Assembly: GCF_009914755.1 (NCBI RefSeq)
Contig: NC_060941.1
Origin: the human T2T-CHM13v2.0 reference genome, Homo sapiens
Direction: 5' to 3' (one strand)
DNA: 64,000 bases
This document shows positions 25,253 through 40,900 of the stretch, piece after piece. The translations under genes were made by a program, and so were the position numbers. Within the stretch, counting starts at the first letter, position 1, and the number at the start of each line of letters is the position of its first letter. The notes under the pieces were generated by a model, which saw only the letters and a program-made list of their open reading frames with translations, did no database searches and was not told the origin of the DNA.

Positions 25253-25336
25253 CTTCTCCTGCAGCTCCTGCTTCTCTTTGTTGGCTTCTTCTAGCTGAGC
25301 TTGGAGATCATTTATCTGAGCCAGGTCCCGGGAAGC
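25253..25336 (-). CDS. MYO18A: MYO18A coiled-coil exon [28 protein letters not shown]
   Basis: AG/GT borders; 84 nt. Confidence 0.95.
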
Positions 25337-25530
25337 CTGGGAAAGGAATGAGAGCATCAGAAGCAGGATCCCCCATAAGCATTCAACCAGCCCAGCCCAG
25401 CTGGAACACCAGGGGACCGAGGTTCCCACTCCATCACCTCCCAAAACAAGCGGTTGTGCGGGGGACCCATGAGGAGGACCACAAGGATGGTGACGGTGCA
25501 GAGTGTGACGGGCACTCCTGGCAGGGGTAC

Positions 25531-25647
25531 CTGAGCCACGGCAGCCTTGTGCTTCTTCATCAATTCGTTCATGTCTTCCTGATCTTCCTCCAGCCGGTTC
25601 TGGATCTCATTCTTCTCACGCTGAAGGCGGCTCAGCTGCTCCTCCAG
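25531..25647 (-). CDS. MYO18A: MYO18A coiled-coil exon [16 protein letters not shown]...AAVAQ
   Basis: AG/GT borders; 117 nt. Confidence 0.95.
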
Positions 25648-27063
25648 CTGGAGAGAGGCAAAGACAGATCAGAGGGCCTCAGGCCCAGTGTGCCTGTGGG
25701 CTCCAGCTGCCTCCAATGGCAGGGGCATTGTAGAGAAGATGATAATGGGCTGAGCCTGCCTGCTGGGGTGGGTCCCAGGACTAGTGATGCTCAAGGAGCT
25801 GCCTGTCCTGCTCTGGACCAGGGAGATGAGGGAAAGGGCTGTGTGCAGTACAGGCAGACCCTGGGCCTCTGAGCTGAATGACAGCTGCTTCCTGGCAGCT
25901 CCTTTGAGGCTAATGAGAAGGCAGAAAAGGTCTGCCCAGAACAAATGACCCATCATCCTGGCACTATCAGTCCAGGCCCTGGCCTGCGTGCACTCTGCCC
26001 CCTTCAGGCCCCAGGGAAGGACCCCTCAAGTCTGCGAAGGTCTCCTGGCTTAGACTCTCATTTTCCCTGGGACTGCCCACTCCCTGGGCATCCAGCCCCG
26101 ACAGCCAGTCCCCTCCTTGGGGGAGGGGAAGAGAGATCCAACAGCAGCTTCAGGAAATGAATGAATCTATTAGCCTGTAATTCCAAACCAAAATGACTGT
26201 GTTGGCTCCTTCTCTGCCCCATCCATCTTGTTACTGGGCTGTGGGGAGCTGGGGAAGCCTCCGCCAAGAAATTTATTAACTCAGATTTAAATAAAATGGT
26301 AATTTTATAACAACCTTTTTTAACACAATTAAGGAATTTGAATTACTCACCTGAGAACTGCTGAGGAGCACAAATGTCATGGGGATAAATCAAGCCCGTG
26401 AGATTGGCATCTCTCAGCAGCTAGGTGACTAGCTCAGGGGCCATGAAGCCACCAGCCCAGCCCAGCCTCCTCCCCTGCCCCATTCCCTGCCCAAGGGGCC
26501 TGCCCACTGGGGTGGGTCCCAGGACCAGTGATGCTCAAGGAGCTGCCTGTACTGGCCGCATCCCAGTAATGAATTCTCTGCCGATGGATGGGCCGTGGGA
26601 GAGGTGGGAAATTAAAAGGGAGGCATTAAATAAGAGCTCTAATTAGCTGCCGCTTGGGCTTGTCAGTGGGCTGGGCAGGGGGAAGGGGAAGGAAGCCAAG
26701 CCATCCTGTCCTCTTATCTGTGCTTCTGCTAATCTCTAGGCACCTGTTTACATCCCTCAGCCACATTAGCTGCCTTTATTTATGGTGTTGGGGCCTGCGG
26801 CCAAGCTCCCGTAGGCAGGTGGTTAAACAGGGAGATGGGCCCTTGCTGGCTCCCTCTTCTGCCCGCTCCTCCCCGAGGCCTCTGCTCAGTGTGGAGAGAC
26901 GCAGAGGAGGGGAGGCCCGCTCTTCCTGCAGCAAGTCCTGGCGTGAAAGGACCTGTCACAAGTCCTGACGTGGAGGGACCTGTCTAGGGTGAAGGGAGCC
27001 ACAGAGGCAGCTCTATTCTGCCTCAGCCCCCCGAGCTCTGCCCCGGGCACCTTGGCCCCTCAC

Positions 27064-27177
27064 CGCTGTCTTGGCTTTGGCGATGTCATCAATCTGCAGG
27101 TGCAGGTCTTCGATCTCCACCTCCATTGCTTTCCGTGCTTTCACGGCTGCCGCACAGGTGAACTCTGACTCCTCCAG
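27064..27177 (-). CDS. MYO18A: MYO18A coiled-coil exon [16 protein letters not shown]...AKTA
   Basis: AG/GT borders; 114 nt. Confidence 0.95.
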
Positions 27178-27575
27178 CTGGACACAGACCACCCCCGCCC
27201 CAGGGAGAGATGTCAGCCATTCCTTGGGGGCAGGAGGGCTGTACAGGAAAGAGGGAGCTCGGATGCCCTCCTTCTCCTCCTCCATTCACTTCAGACCCCA
27301 GGGCCATGGCTGTGTGGTGGTGCACGCGTGGGGATCTCCTCCCGTGACATGGCTGGTGGGCACCAGGCCCCATCCACACCATCCCAGGCTGGGCGGTGAG
27401 ACAGTAAGGCACACGCAGAGCCTGGGGAGTCTAGCTGCTACACGTGGCTCTCCCCTCTTTCCTGTCACTTTCCTTCCCAAGGACTCAAGAACCACTGAGA
27501 GGAGCGAGAGAGAGAAAGAGAATGGAAAGGTAAGCTCTGTTGTGCCTGGATCAGCCGTGTGCTCTCTGTGGATAC

Positions 27576-27722
27576 CTGGTTCTTGAGCTGGGCAATCTCT
27601 CGCTTGCTGGGAGCACTGTTCTTCAGGTGGTCCAGCATGAGCTGGGCATCTGCCAGCAGGGCCTTGGTGCGCTTCAGGTCCTTCCGCAGCCGCTTCTCTG
27701 ACTCAAAGTCCCGCCGGTTCAC
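27576..27722 (-). CDS. MYO18A: MYO18A coiled-coil exon [17 protein letters not shown]...LKNQ
   Basis: AG/GT borders; 147 nt. Confidence 0.95.
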
Positions 27723-28043
27723 CTGGGTGGGCACCAGCAGTTGGGGTTCTGGGCTCTGCACAGGGCTTCCTCCTATCTTCCCCAAGCTCCCTCCTCACCA
27801 CGTCCTCATTATCAGTGTCCCCATAAGGATGCTGGAAGAGCCAGGGTCATGCCAACCAGCGATAAAGGGCTGGGTGTGCCAATGTATGGTGATGCCCCCA
27901 TCCCACAAGGGATGACGATGGGCTCTTTGCAGCACCCCCACCCCCGACAGCTCTGTTCGTGGCTCCCCATCCCTAGGATCCCCACTCCTCAGGCCGCATG
28001 GGCAGGGAGCCGGCCAGGCTTGGTGGGTGGAGCATCCCCTGAC

Positions 28044-28148
28044 CTGGTCGCTGAGGGTGGCGAGCTTGCCCTCCAGCTCCCGCTTCTCTCGCAGAACCTT
28101 CTGCTTGTCCTCATACTCTTCCTCTAGCTGCACCTCCATCTGTTTTAA
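28044..28148 (-). CDS. MYO18A: MYO18A coiled-coil exon [15 protein letters not shown]...LSDQ
   Basis: AG/GT borders; 105 nt. Confidence 0.95.
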
Positions 28149-28700
28149 CTGGAGTACCATGGGGACAGAGACCCGTCCGTCCCTTTAGTGCCTGGTGCGA
28201 AGCAGGCCCCTTCCATTCTGGGTTCCCCACTCCAGGAAAACAGTGGGGCAGGCCTGAGCACAATGATGTTGGTGGAGGGGTCAGAACCTAAATTCCAGGT
28301 TTCTAGGGTTTCAAAGCAGCCTGGGAGGGTGAGGAGGGATGGCAGGCCACATGCGGTGGCTAGCCAAGACAGAGTAGGAGAGACCTTGCCGCATGGTGGA
28401 GACCTGCCCGGCCAGGCTGGCTGACTGCAGGCAGCACCAGTGCAGCGCAGCACAGCAGGGGCACAGGGGGCTGCCCCTGGCACAGAAAGCAGGGAGCGAT
28501 AGTTCCTCAGGGGCCCAAGCTTCTCTACAGACTCTGAGCCAATACATCCTGCCAATGCTAGGATCCCGAGAGGCGCTTCCTGGCCCAGAATGACAATGGA
28601 AGACGATGTGGCTGAGGTAGGGAGGTGGAAAGCCCCTTACTTTAAAGCGGTGATGGGAACAGGTGTTTACGCTGGACAGGTAAGTACTCAGATACCTTAC

Positions 28701-28811
28701 CTTCTTCTGACACGACTGCCGGGCCTCCTCCACCTCCTCATCCCGACTCTCCATCTCCTTAGAATGGGTCTGTCTCATCCGCTCCATCTCCATCTCCAGA
28801 CGCAGCTTGGC
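28701..28811 (-). CDS. MYO18A: MYO18A coiled-coil exon [14 protein letters not shown]...SCQKK
   Basis: AG/GT borders; 111 nt. Confidence 0.95.
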
Positions 28812-29370
28812 CTGGAGGTGGTTGGAGTAGGGTCTGGGTTCCCTCCCCAGCTGTGGCCACCCCCTTCCCACCTGTGCATGGCTCTCCCTAGGCTCAGGGG
28901 CCGAGAACGTCCACCAGCCAGTTCCCTTTGCTGGCACCTTGCTCCCGTGGCAGCAGCTTCTCCAGAGCAGCTGAACTCCCTTACTAGAGGTCTGGCATAG
29001 GCCCACAGAGAGGCAGCTGGGGTGGGGACAGTCCTGCAGCTTCTCCGTCTGCCTGCAGGCTCTAGCTCCCTGAACTGACTTGGTGGCTGGGTAGCAGGCT
29101 GGGTGGGCCTGTGGCCCTCAGCTGCCATGCATCCTGAGCCCCTCCCTACTAGAGCTCCATCAGATTTGTTTTTGTGGAAAGTTCCACGAGCGTGTCTTCA
29201 CACTGTGGCTGGCACAGATCAGGTGCTCACTCCACATTTTGTGAGTAGGTGAGTGAGTGAATACGCGAATGAATGGAGGCAGGATCCTCTGGCCCATGCC
29301 TGAGGCTGGCTGTGGGGATGGTGGCGGCCTCGCTGCACCTCACCTCTCCCTTGGCCAAGCCCTCCTGTAC

Positions 29371-29571
29371 CTGTTCCAGCATCTGGATGGTCCCTGCCTG
29401 CTCATCCAGCTCTTCTTCCTGATCCTTGACTTTGGCCTCCAGGTCCCGGAGCTGTTTCTTGACCTTGGCCAGAGAAGCCTCATCCTTGGACTCTTGGGAA
29501 GAAATGTCCTGGAGCTCTGCCTCTAGAGACACAACCTTCTGGGTGAACCCTGCAATGTCCATGTCTTTTTC
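29371..29571 (-). CDS. MYO18A: MYO18A coiled-coil exon [12 protein letters not shown]...TIQMLEQ
   Basis: AG/GT borders; 201 nt. Confidence 0.95.
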
Positions 29572-29656
29572 CTGGAGCAAAAGAGATGAGGCTGGTGCAG
29601 GGCTGACCCCAGGTTGTGAGGGGGACAGGGCACAGATGGTGGGTGGCCCTACCCAC

Positions 29657-29780
29657 CTCTAGTTGCTGCTTCAGGCTGAAAGCCTCAGCGAGGAGCATGT
29701 CCTTCTCCCGCTGCAGCTTCTCCCGCTGCAGCTTCTCCCGCTGGGCCTCCTCATGCGCCTGCGAGAGCTCACTGTCAAAC
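29657..29780 (-). CDS. MYO18A: MYO18A coiled-coil exon [26 protein letters not shown]...
   Basis: AG/GT borders; 124 nt, phase 2/0. Confidence 0.95.
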
Positions 29781-31481
29781 CTGCGAGGGAGTGTGGCGGC
29801 TCCATCAGATGGGGAAGAGCCAGGGTCCCCCACACAGACACTGTCAGGAGGTGGTGCCATGGACAGGACTCAAGCAGGGGTGGGGGGACCCATGCAGCCC
29901 TAACGTGGGGCCAGTTGTAAGGTAGCGGTGACATTTAGAGGTGGCAGGTCAGGCCACTGAGGCCCTATTGAGCAACTGGGTTGGGATAGGGAGCACTCAG
30001 GTGAGCCCTTTCACCAAGTAGGCCTAAGAGGGACCCACAGACTGCTTAACAGGCCCCCTCAGGAGTTAAGTCTCTACATTTTCCATTTCAACACATCAAA
30101 GAATGAGGGACCCAGGTGAGGGTGGGGTGGGAAAAGGATAGAGATGAGCACCCTGCTTCCACTAACTCACTTTCCACAGTTTGGTTCGACAACTGTAAGG
30201 GCAATAGCTAGCTCCTTGCCCCTGCCTCTGGGCACCAGCCTTTGGCCAGGACCACGCACCCCAGCAGTGCCGGCAGGACACCACCCGGACACCCCATACT
30301 GGGTTCAGAGCTGGCATTCCCACTGTGCCCAGCTGGCCACATGCCTCAATGGGCACACAGGGGGCCTCGTTCTTCACTCCTCCACTTGCCAGCCTTCCAT
30401 TTCCCACTAAATATGGAGCAAATTGCTCAAATTCCTCTTAACACCTTCCCTGAATAGCTAATCAGGTTCCTGTGGAAGCTGAATGCTCCCCTTACCCCAA
30501 CTCCACATCAAAAAAAGTAAGAAAACTCCGGGCAGCTGAAACCTAATAAGTTGCCCAGCGGGGAGCAGGGCAGCACAGTAACTAGGCCGAGCTGGCAATG
30601 TCATCGGGTGCTCAGAAGGGGGGTCGAGCTAAGGGTGCCAGCCTTTGGGTAAAGGGGTAGGGTGGGGGCAGAGATGAGAATGAGGGAAGTGGTGGTCATG
30701 GTGTCAGGTGGGAGGAATAGAAAACCTTCCTATTTTCCCCAGCTGGGGAGATGGTGGTTGGTCCAGGAGGCCGGGGGTAACCCAGGGTCACTGGAAAGGT
30801 TCTGTTCTGCCATCCTCACTCCCAGTGTTGTGGGTGTGGGGATACCCCTTCACAAAGGCAACCAGTGCCTCTGCTGAGAAGCCCTTCCCCTGCAGAGGAG
30901 AAATGGGCACTGTTCCCGCTCCCCAGGGCGCCCTGCTGTTCCTAGGGTGTGTGGGTTCCTCAGTACTGCTAATGAAGACGTCCCATCCTCATTCCCAGCC
31001 CCGGAAATTAATTTAGACTGGATTTTCTCCTGTGAGGGCCACCCCCCTCCTTTGTATCATTACCATAATGAGATGGAAGTGGCACGGTAGTTTAACGACA
31101 TTAGTCAGGAGAGTGTGTTTGTGTAGCTGAGGCAAGTGAGGGAGAGGCAGAGCTGGGGGCTGAGGGCAGGGACATAGAGGTTCCTGCACAGGCCCTGGTT
31201 GATGCACTTCCTGATGGGGCCTGGCACGGGATGACAGGCACATGATGCAGGGAGCACCTCTGAAAGCAGAGGCCTGGGCAGGCCTTCAGTGGGGACACAG
31301 CCTGAGTCCACCCTGGAGGTCAGGAGGGGGCCCCTTCACGTTCCAAGATGAGTGACCAGGCAAGCAAGGCCCCTGGACAAATTCAGGTCCTTCCTTCTTT
31401 CCTCCCTGGAGGGCGAGGAGGCAGTCCTGTCTGTGGCTGCTCCAGAAGGTTCTCTGGGCCCAGGGCAGGGGGCCCACCCAC

Positions 31482-31636
31482 CTCCTCTGCTTCTTCTCCA
31501 GTTCGTGGTTGCGGACCTGCTGGCCCTCCAGGTGCAGCTTGGTGTCTTGCAGCTCAGCCGTCAGTCGCTGGCACTTCTTCTTGAGCTGCTGCAGAGCCCG
31601 CTGACTCTCCTCACTATCTGCCTGCAGGTCCCCGAG
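31482..31636 (-). CDS. MYO18A: MYO18A coiled-coil exon [21 protein letters not shown]...LEKKQR
   Basis: AG/GT borders; 155 nt, phase 0/2. Confidence 0.95.
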
Positions 31637-31943
31637 CTAGGGGCCAAGATGGGGTGCATATACAGAGAGACCCAGAAGCATAGGTGGAGAAGGTGAGGAG
31701 AGGGAAGTGGGTGAGTGAGGGGAAGACCCAGGGATGCAGGAGGAAGTCGGGTCTCCCAGGGAACTGAAGAAGCTCTAATGATAGCTTGCTCCTGATTGCC
31801 CCTGCACCAAGAAGCTAACATGCCAGCCTCCCCGATCCATTCCAGCCAGGCCTGCCTGCCCCCAGAGTTCACTGGACCGACACAAGGCACCAGTCCTCTC
31901 CTGGCCCTCCCAGGCACAGGCCTCAGCTCCTCCCCAGCCTCAC

Positions 31944-32071
31944 CCGCCGTTCCAGCTGCCTCTTGTTCTGCTGCTCCACCTCCAGCTTGTCCTCAAACTC
32001 CTGCTGGAGCCGTTTCTTGGTGAAGTCCACCTCCCGCACAGCCCGCTCATACTTCAGCCGCCACTCGCCAC
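31944..32071 (-). CDS. MYO18A: MYO18A coiled-coil exon [21 protein letters not shown]...
   Basis: AG/GT borders; 128 nt, phase 1/0. Confidence 0.95.
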
Positions 32072-32508
32072 CTGTGGGGTTGAGGCAGACAAGGGAGGAT
32101 GGAGGTGCTGAGAGTCCCCAGAAGGGGCAGAGGGGAAGGAGGATGGGGCAGGGGGAGCAGCAGGTGGAGTCAGCCAGGGCTCAGAAAGCTCTCTGCAATG
32201 ATGGCTTCCTCCCAAGGCAGAAGGAGCCACTAGCCAGGAGAAGACCAGAGCATGAGATGTGGCTACATGTGCTGTGCCCCCCAAAGGACTGCTGGGACCA
32301 CGGCCCTCAGTCTTTGTCATGATCATGGTTGTTTCAGCTCTACCTAACAATCCCCTGCATTTATTGGCACCTCTGCCTTCTCATCTGTTTCTTTCAGTTT
32401 AGCCCCATGGAGGGGAGACAGGCCTGGACAAGGGGCATGACTACCCAGGGGTGGGCATCAGGGCTCGCATTGCGGGCCACTGCCGAGCTCCTTGGGCCTC
32501 AGGCCCAC

Positions 32509-32620
32509 CTGCATCATCATCATCCACTTCCCCGTTGATCTCCGCTGCCCGGATGAGACGGGCCTCCATCACCTCCATTTCCATAACCTCCATCTGCTTC
32601 TTCAGTGCATCGTACTGGGT
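32509..32620 (-). CDS. MYO18A: MYO18A coiled-coil exon [22 protein letters not shown]...DDDDA
   Basis: AG/GT borders; 112 nt, phase 0/1. Confidence 0.95.
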
Positions 32621-32825
32621 CTGCAGAAGACAGGGTTTCAGGGTGTGCCATTCCATCCCCTCATACCCACTCCCCGAACCACACAGACCATGATCACATG
32701 CTTACCAAGGGCAGACAGGGATGCTGGGCTAGGGGTGAAGATGCCAACTGTCTTTGGGGGGAGCCAATGGGCACTAGGGTATGGCAGTCACCAGCCTGCT
32801 GTTCTCACCCAGGCCCTGCCCTCAC

Positions 32826-32945
32826 CTGCAGTTCCTTCATCTCCTTCTCAGCCCGGAGCCTCTCTGCTGTCTCCGCGTCCAGCAGCTGGGAGGCGGACTC
32901 TCCTGTGTTACGCTCATCTGTCAGCTCCGATGTCAGCTCTGAGAT
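32826..32945 (-). CDS. MYO18A: MYO18A coiled-coil exon [17 protein letters not shown]...KELQ
   Basis: AG/GT borders; 120 nt. Confidence 0.95.
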
Positions 32946-33076
32946 CTGGGGTTGGGGGTAGGGAGTCACCACCAGTTGAAGTGCCTGCCTCACTCAGCCA
33001 GAACACCTGGGGGACCTGCAGGGGCTGGGTCTCCCTGCAGCCATGCCCAGTCGGTGTGGTGCCAGGAGTCACTCAC

Positions 33077-33166
33077 CCGGCTCTCCAGCCGGTCACTGTT
33101 GAGCCGCAGCTCGTTCCTCTCCTTCTCCGCCTTCTCGAGCTTGCTCCGCAGCTGCTGGATCTCCTC
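33077..33166 (-). CDS. MYO18A: MYO18A coiled-coil exon [30 protein letters not shown]
   Basis: AG/GT borders; 90 nt. Confidence 0.95.
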
Positions 33167-33546
33167 CTAGGGTGGACCAAAGAGGGCAAAGTGAGCCAAA
33201 GGCACTGCGAGGGATTGGGGCCCTGGGTCTGCACCCCTGTAGTGAACGAAGCTGATGAAGCTTGGGCCAGGACGCCATGGGGAAGGCATGTCCCCAATAG
33301 CAGAGCCACTGCCTCCTGGGGATCCTGTCCCTAGACGCTTCCCAATAAGCTAGGGATGCCCAAGATTTTATCGTAAGAGGCTGTCCAGGGGCTCAGCCAG
33401 CACCCCAGAGGGACATCTTCTATTTGATGAGCACATTTCAAGGATGACAGCTCTCTGGACTAAACGAAGAAGCGCCTGGAAGCCCAAGATAAACCAGCAA
33501 GGCTTCCCCCTACCCAGAGACTTGGCCCTCTCAGGCTGTCACATAC

Positions 33547-33690
33547 GTCTTTGTTCCGGATCTGCTCCTCTGACAGCTGTACTTCGATGAGGGGCCTCAC
33601 TGTGGTAAAAAGCTTCCACCAGGGCCAGTCCTTCACCCCTTTGTTCTTCTTGATGTTCTTCTGTACACAGCGAATGGCCAGGTCCTGGAT
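33547..33690 (-). CDS. MYO18A: MYO18A coding exon, [34 protein letters not shown]...
   Basis: AG/GT borders; 144 nt; myosin-II-like WPWWKLF..V.PL neck. Confidence 0.97.
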
Positions 33691-34354
33691 CTGCAGGTGG
33701 GGTGGGGGTGGTGCACAGCGGGGCTCTCAGTCACCCTGGCCAAGCTCGGCCCAGGATCCTCCCCACCACCAGCACAGGCCCCCAGGGCTGCTCCTCTGGC
33801 CCCCTGACCCCGAGTCAGATACTTCTCATGCTCCCCCTTGCCCCAGGCTCACTCCGTCCCTCAAAGGGTGGGCAGCACAGAACCCAGCCCTGGGAGCACT
33901 GCGCTGGGCACTAGCCACTCCACTGCCATTAGGAATAATTTCATCTGCTTTATTTGCTGCCTGATTATTTCCAGCACCCTGGCCTAGCTGTGCTATAAAA
34001 CCTAATCTTGCTGAAACACAAGAGGCGGCAGTGCTGGCTGTTTTATGGACTTGCTAATAAGAAAAGGAGTCACTGACACAGCTCCTTAATCTTCATGGAG
34101 CAGCCTATGATCCGGAGCCCACCTTTGCCTGGGCCCTGATTCCCCTACCCCTCATCAAAGCCCTCCAACCAGGCCCCGTCGCTGGGCACACCAGCACACT
34201 TGCTGGCACCAGGGAGCTGCCTGTTCCCCACCCTGGCCCAGGACATGGTGCCCTGGGAGGTTCCTGCCTCTTCTCCCCCTTATAGCCCCCACCCCAGGAA
34301 CTTGGCTGTGCCCATCTAGGTTGGGGAGGGGGAGGGATGTCTCTAGAGCAGCAC

Positions 34355-34483
34355 CTTTCTCTTCTTGAAGTGCTGGCGGGCCAGGTAGCCCCTGCAGGCT
34401 GCTTGGAACAGGGTTAGGTTCCTGCTGGTTTGTTCATCCCGCTGCTCCTCCAGCCGTGCCAAGGTGCCCGCCCGGAAGAACAC
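34355..34483 (-). CDS. MYO18A: MYO18A coding exon with IQ motif ([14 protein letters not shown])
   Basis: AG/GT borders; 129 nt; VFFRAG end-of-motor motif. Confidence 0.97.
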
Positions 34484-35719
34484 CTGTGAAAAAGCAGGCC
34501 AGGTGAAGGCAGGATACTGGGCCAGCCCAGCAGAGGAAAGGCAGAGAAGGTGAGGAACTGGAGAAACAAGCAGGCCAGGGAGTACAGCCCTTGGCTTGGG
34601 AAGAGCCTCAAAATCCAATTGTCCAAGAGAGGAGGGGAGGAGCAGGAAGAGGCCCTGGGAAGGTTGAGGGAGAAGGGGCTGGGGAGGTTTTGGCAGGGGA
34701 GGGGTAAGGTGTGAAATTTAACTTCAAAGAGAGATGAAAGGAGAGGGAAGGTAAAGGGAAGATACCTGGGGCAAGGAAGGAAATGGAGCAGTCATTGGTC
34801 AAACAGGGAGGGGGCGTCCTGCCACATCTGTGAGGGCTTCCTCACCCAGGACTGCCAGCAACCCTGTCAATGCCCCCTGTGCCCACAGCCCACTGCAGGG
34901 CCCAACCTGGGCTCCAGGCCCCTCTGACTCCCAATTGCTGGGATCGGGTGAGTGGATGCTGGAGGATGTCTGTGTGAGAAGCAGCGCTGGGGAGCGCAGC
35001 GTGCAGAGGAAAAGCGGGGAGAATGGGAAGGGGGGTGGTGGGAAGCTCCTGCCTTCTCCTCCCCCTCCCTGCTAGTTTCATTTCAGATGGTCTCCTCTTT
35101 CATGTGCCACCCCCCAACACACACCCAAGTTTCACCTTCTCATGAAGAAGCCAGTGAGGTGGGCGGGGGTTGGCCCAGCTGAGGGACCTGTCATACAGGT
35201 TTGGGGGCTGGAGGGCAGGCATGTGCAGAACCAGCTGGGTGCCCCCACGCCCGGCCTTTCCTTAACACTCTGTGCCGCCCTGAGATAGGGCTCGGTAAAA
35301 TTTGCCACACGCCACAAAGGGAAGTGTGTGTGAAACGGGAAGGGTCGGGTGAAAAAAATAGCTCTATCCATGAGAGTGGGCAGAGACACCTAGGTATAGG
35401 CCTACCTCCAACTGGCACAGAACACAGAAAATTCCTTTTTGTAGGGCAAAGAGAAGATGTGAACATCATGGGAAACACAGGTTACATAAATGCACTCAGC
35501 CAACAGACACAGTATCCCAAGGCCCCCTTCAGCAAAGATGCAAAGAGAGGGCCTAAACTTTCTGCTGAGAAAGCTCTGCCTCTGGCAACTCCACAGAAAC
35601 CTGGTCCCCTGAGGCTGGCCTTGGAAAAAGCCAGCTCAGTCCTTTGTGACACTTCCCTAAATCCCACCATCGAACATGGGGTTTCCCATGGGTCTTAAGT
35701 TCTACCTGAGCCTCAATTT

Positions 35720-36326
<607 letters not shown>

Positions 36327-38319
36327 CCCCAGCTGCTTAATTTCATATAATGTGCAAGCCTGAAATCCTGCTGGGGGTAAGGAATATCCAAGTCCCGCCG
36401 GAGGACAGCAAACACGCTTGGTTAGGACACATAGCCACCTGACCAGGGCAGAAGTGAGGTGCTGGAGTGGGGGGTGGATAATGGCTCAGAGACACAATGA
36501 GAAGAGAAAGAATGGTCTAGAGGCCAAAGCAGTGAGCCTCAAATCTCTCTTGAACATTTGGGGGGTTAAGGGTCCTTTTGGGTATTGGGTGAAAGCTCAG
36601 GGCCATCTCCTCCCCAGAAAACACATTCATACAAATTTTACAATGTCAGGAGGCTCTGAGCCCCCCCAGAGTCCTTATTGAAACTCTCAGGGTCCCATGG
36701 CTCAGATGAAGACCCCCCTCCTCTGAAGCAATGTGACACACAGGGAATCCTCGCCCATGAGTCAGTGTTAACCAGAGCCTAGACGACCTGAACTTTCTTT
36801 CCCAAACTAGATGTGAGCAGGCACCCAATGTTGACCCAGCTCTGCCCTTGAGTGACAGTGGGCCCTGGGGCTTGCCTGCCTCAGCCGGGCACCTGGCATG
36901 GCTCAGGATGACAGAAGGTCTGAGATGGCAGCTGGGAAGAGGATCAGCTTGTAGAGGCCCTTTCCTGCCCTTCCCAAGATAGGCCTGGGAACCCAGGCAT
37001 GGGCTGGAGGAGGTGCCATCCCCAGTGGCAGCCAGCAGCAGCTCAGCCTGCTTGAGAGGCAGGAATCCTGGCGGGAAAGACCAGGGTGAGTGGACCCAGG
37101 GAGAGACCCTGCAGCTGAAGCAAATCCTGACAGCAGATAGCCCTAGGCAGGGGCCCAGCTGGCAGCCCCAGCTTAAAAAAGCAGGAGGAGGGGAACAGAG
37201 AGAGAGAAAAGAGCTGAACCAGACACAGAGGTAGACAAAGCAGTGACACAAACCAGAAAATGACACAGAAAGTGGATGGGACACAAAGACACAGAGAACA
37301 AGGAGAGAAACAGAAAAACAGAACTAGAAACCAAGGAATAGAGACCAGCAGGGACTGCTGGGGCCAAAGGGAAAGCCAGAGACAGCAGAAGCAAAGATGG
37401 GAAGACGCAAAGACACAGAGATGGGAGCGATTGACAGAGACGAAGGGCAGGAGGAGCCAGGAAAGTGACTCAACATGCAGGGCCGAGAGGACCAAGCACA
37501 CAGGACAAGTGAGACTCAAGCCTCTGCAAGCACCTCCTTCCACCGCACACGCCCCACGGGGCCCTGCAACCGAGAGTTCCTTCCCTCTCTGCTGGCAGAC
37601 AACTGGTCCAGAACCCTCTCTGGCTCTCCACTGGCCTCCCTTCCACCCTGGCCCTGGGGCACACATGCGGGTGCCACCTGTCCAAGCTTCCCAGGCTCGG
37701 AAGAGAGGGGCATGCAGGGCTTCCTGCCTGTGGGAGGAATGCTCAGCTGACCCTTTGGTGAGGAGTGACGTGGCAGACTGGCACCCAGGGGCCAGCGTGC
37801 CTGCATTTTACGCATGGCGTTCCATTCAGATGAGGAATTTGGCCTGTGGGCAGGTGGTGGTGGCACAGCCTCACCATGTCCTACTTGCTCTCTGGAACCC
37901 AGCAGCCCCAGATAACTCTCCACAGGGGCTCTACCCAAGGCCTCCTGCCTCTTCCAGCCCACATCCTCTGGGTCCAGCCCTCCTGTCTCCCCCACTCCCC
38001 ACACCAGGACTCGGGTCAAGTTCAGGGCCACCTTCCACCCACTCTCTCCTGACATCACAGAGGTGTTCCACTGAACAAGCCAGTTATCCAGAATGAAGGA
38101 AAGCCAGGTTGCTGCATCTGAAACCTCTAGCTCCCTGGCCCCTGGCCCTGAAGGGGGCAGCCCCTGAGTGGCTGGGCGGGGTGGAGCTGGGGGCAAGACT
38201 CAGAGGGCACCAGGAGACTGGTGATGTCTGGCTGAGCAAAGAGAACAGGAGGAGTGGGCCAGCCACCTGACAGGGGCCCCTGGAGTGAGGCCCGACTGCC
38301 CTCCTGTGGGACAACTCAC

Positions 38320-38385
38320 CCGGCTCAGGCCCATGCAGCAGCTGCTCTTCTCCAGATCCAAGCACTCCAGCAGCTCCTCCACTGC
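38320..38385 (-). CDS. MYO18A: MYO18A coding exon, [22 protein letters not shown]
   Basis: AG/GT borders; 66 nt, phase 0/0. Confidence 0.95.
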
Positions 38386-38489
38386 CTGTGGAGAGAGGCC
38401 TCTGTCAGGCAGCCCGCCTGGGCCTCCCCTCACCATGCAGGGCTTTCTCCAGGCCCTTGGCCCTTCCCCTCCCTCCTCCTAGACAGTCT

Positions 38490-40900
<2,411 letters not shown>

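Noticed and set aside
26932-26985. 27-bp imperfect tandem duplication (also a 22-bp x2 at 63659-63702)
   Set aside because: Ordinary slippage duplications; two copies and no spacers, so not an array
29700-29745. 15-bp repeat
   Set aside because: Simply encodes QREKL repeats in the coiled coil
32492-33334. 280-aa plus-strand ORF
   Set aside because: Runs antisense across three MYO18A exons in GC-rich DNA; no protein features
34841-34900. Good donor CCTGG|GTGAGG upstream of the IQ exon, as a possible first exon for a motorless isoform
   Set aside because: The in-phase frame has a TGA 7 codons upstream and I see no promoter evidence; a lone donor match is not enough
37043-38096. 278-aa plus and 207-aa minus ORFs
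   Set aside because: Driven by GA-rich low-complexity sequence at ~37190-37520
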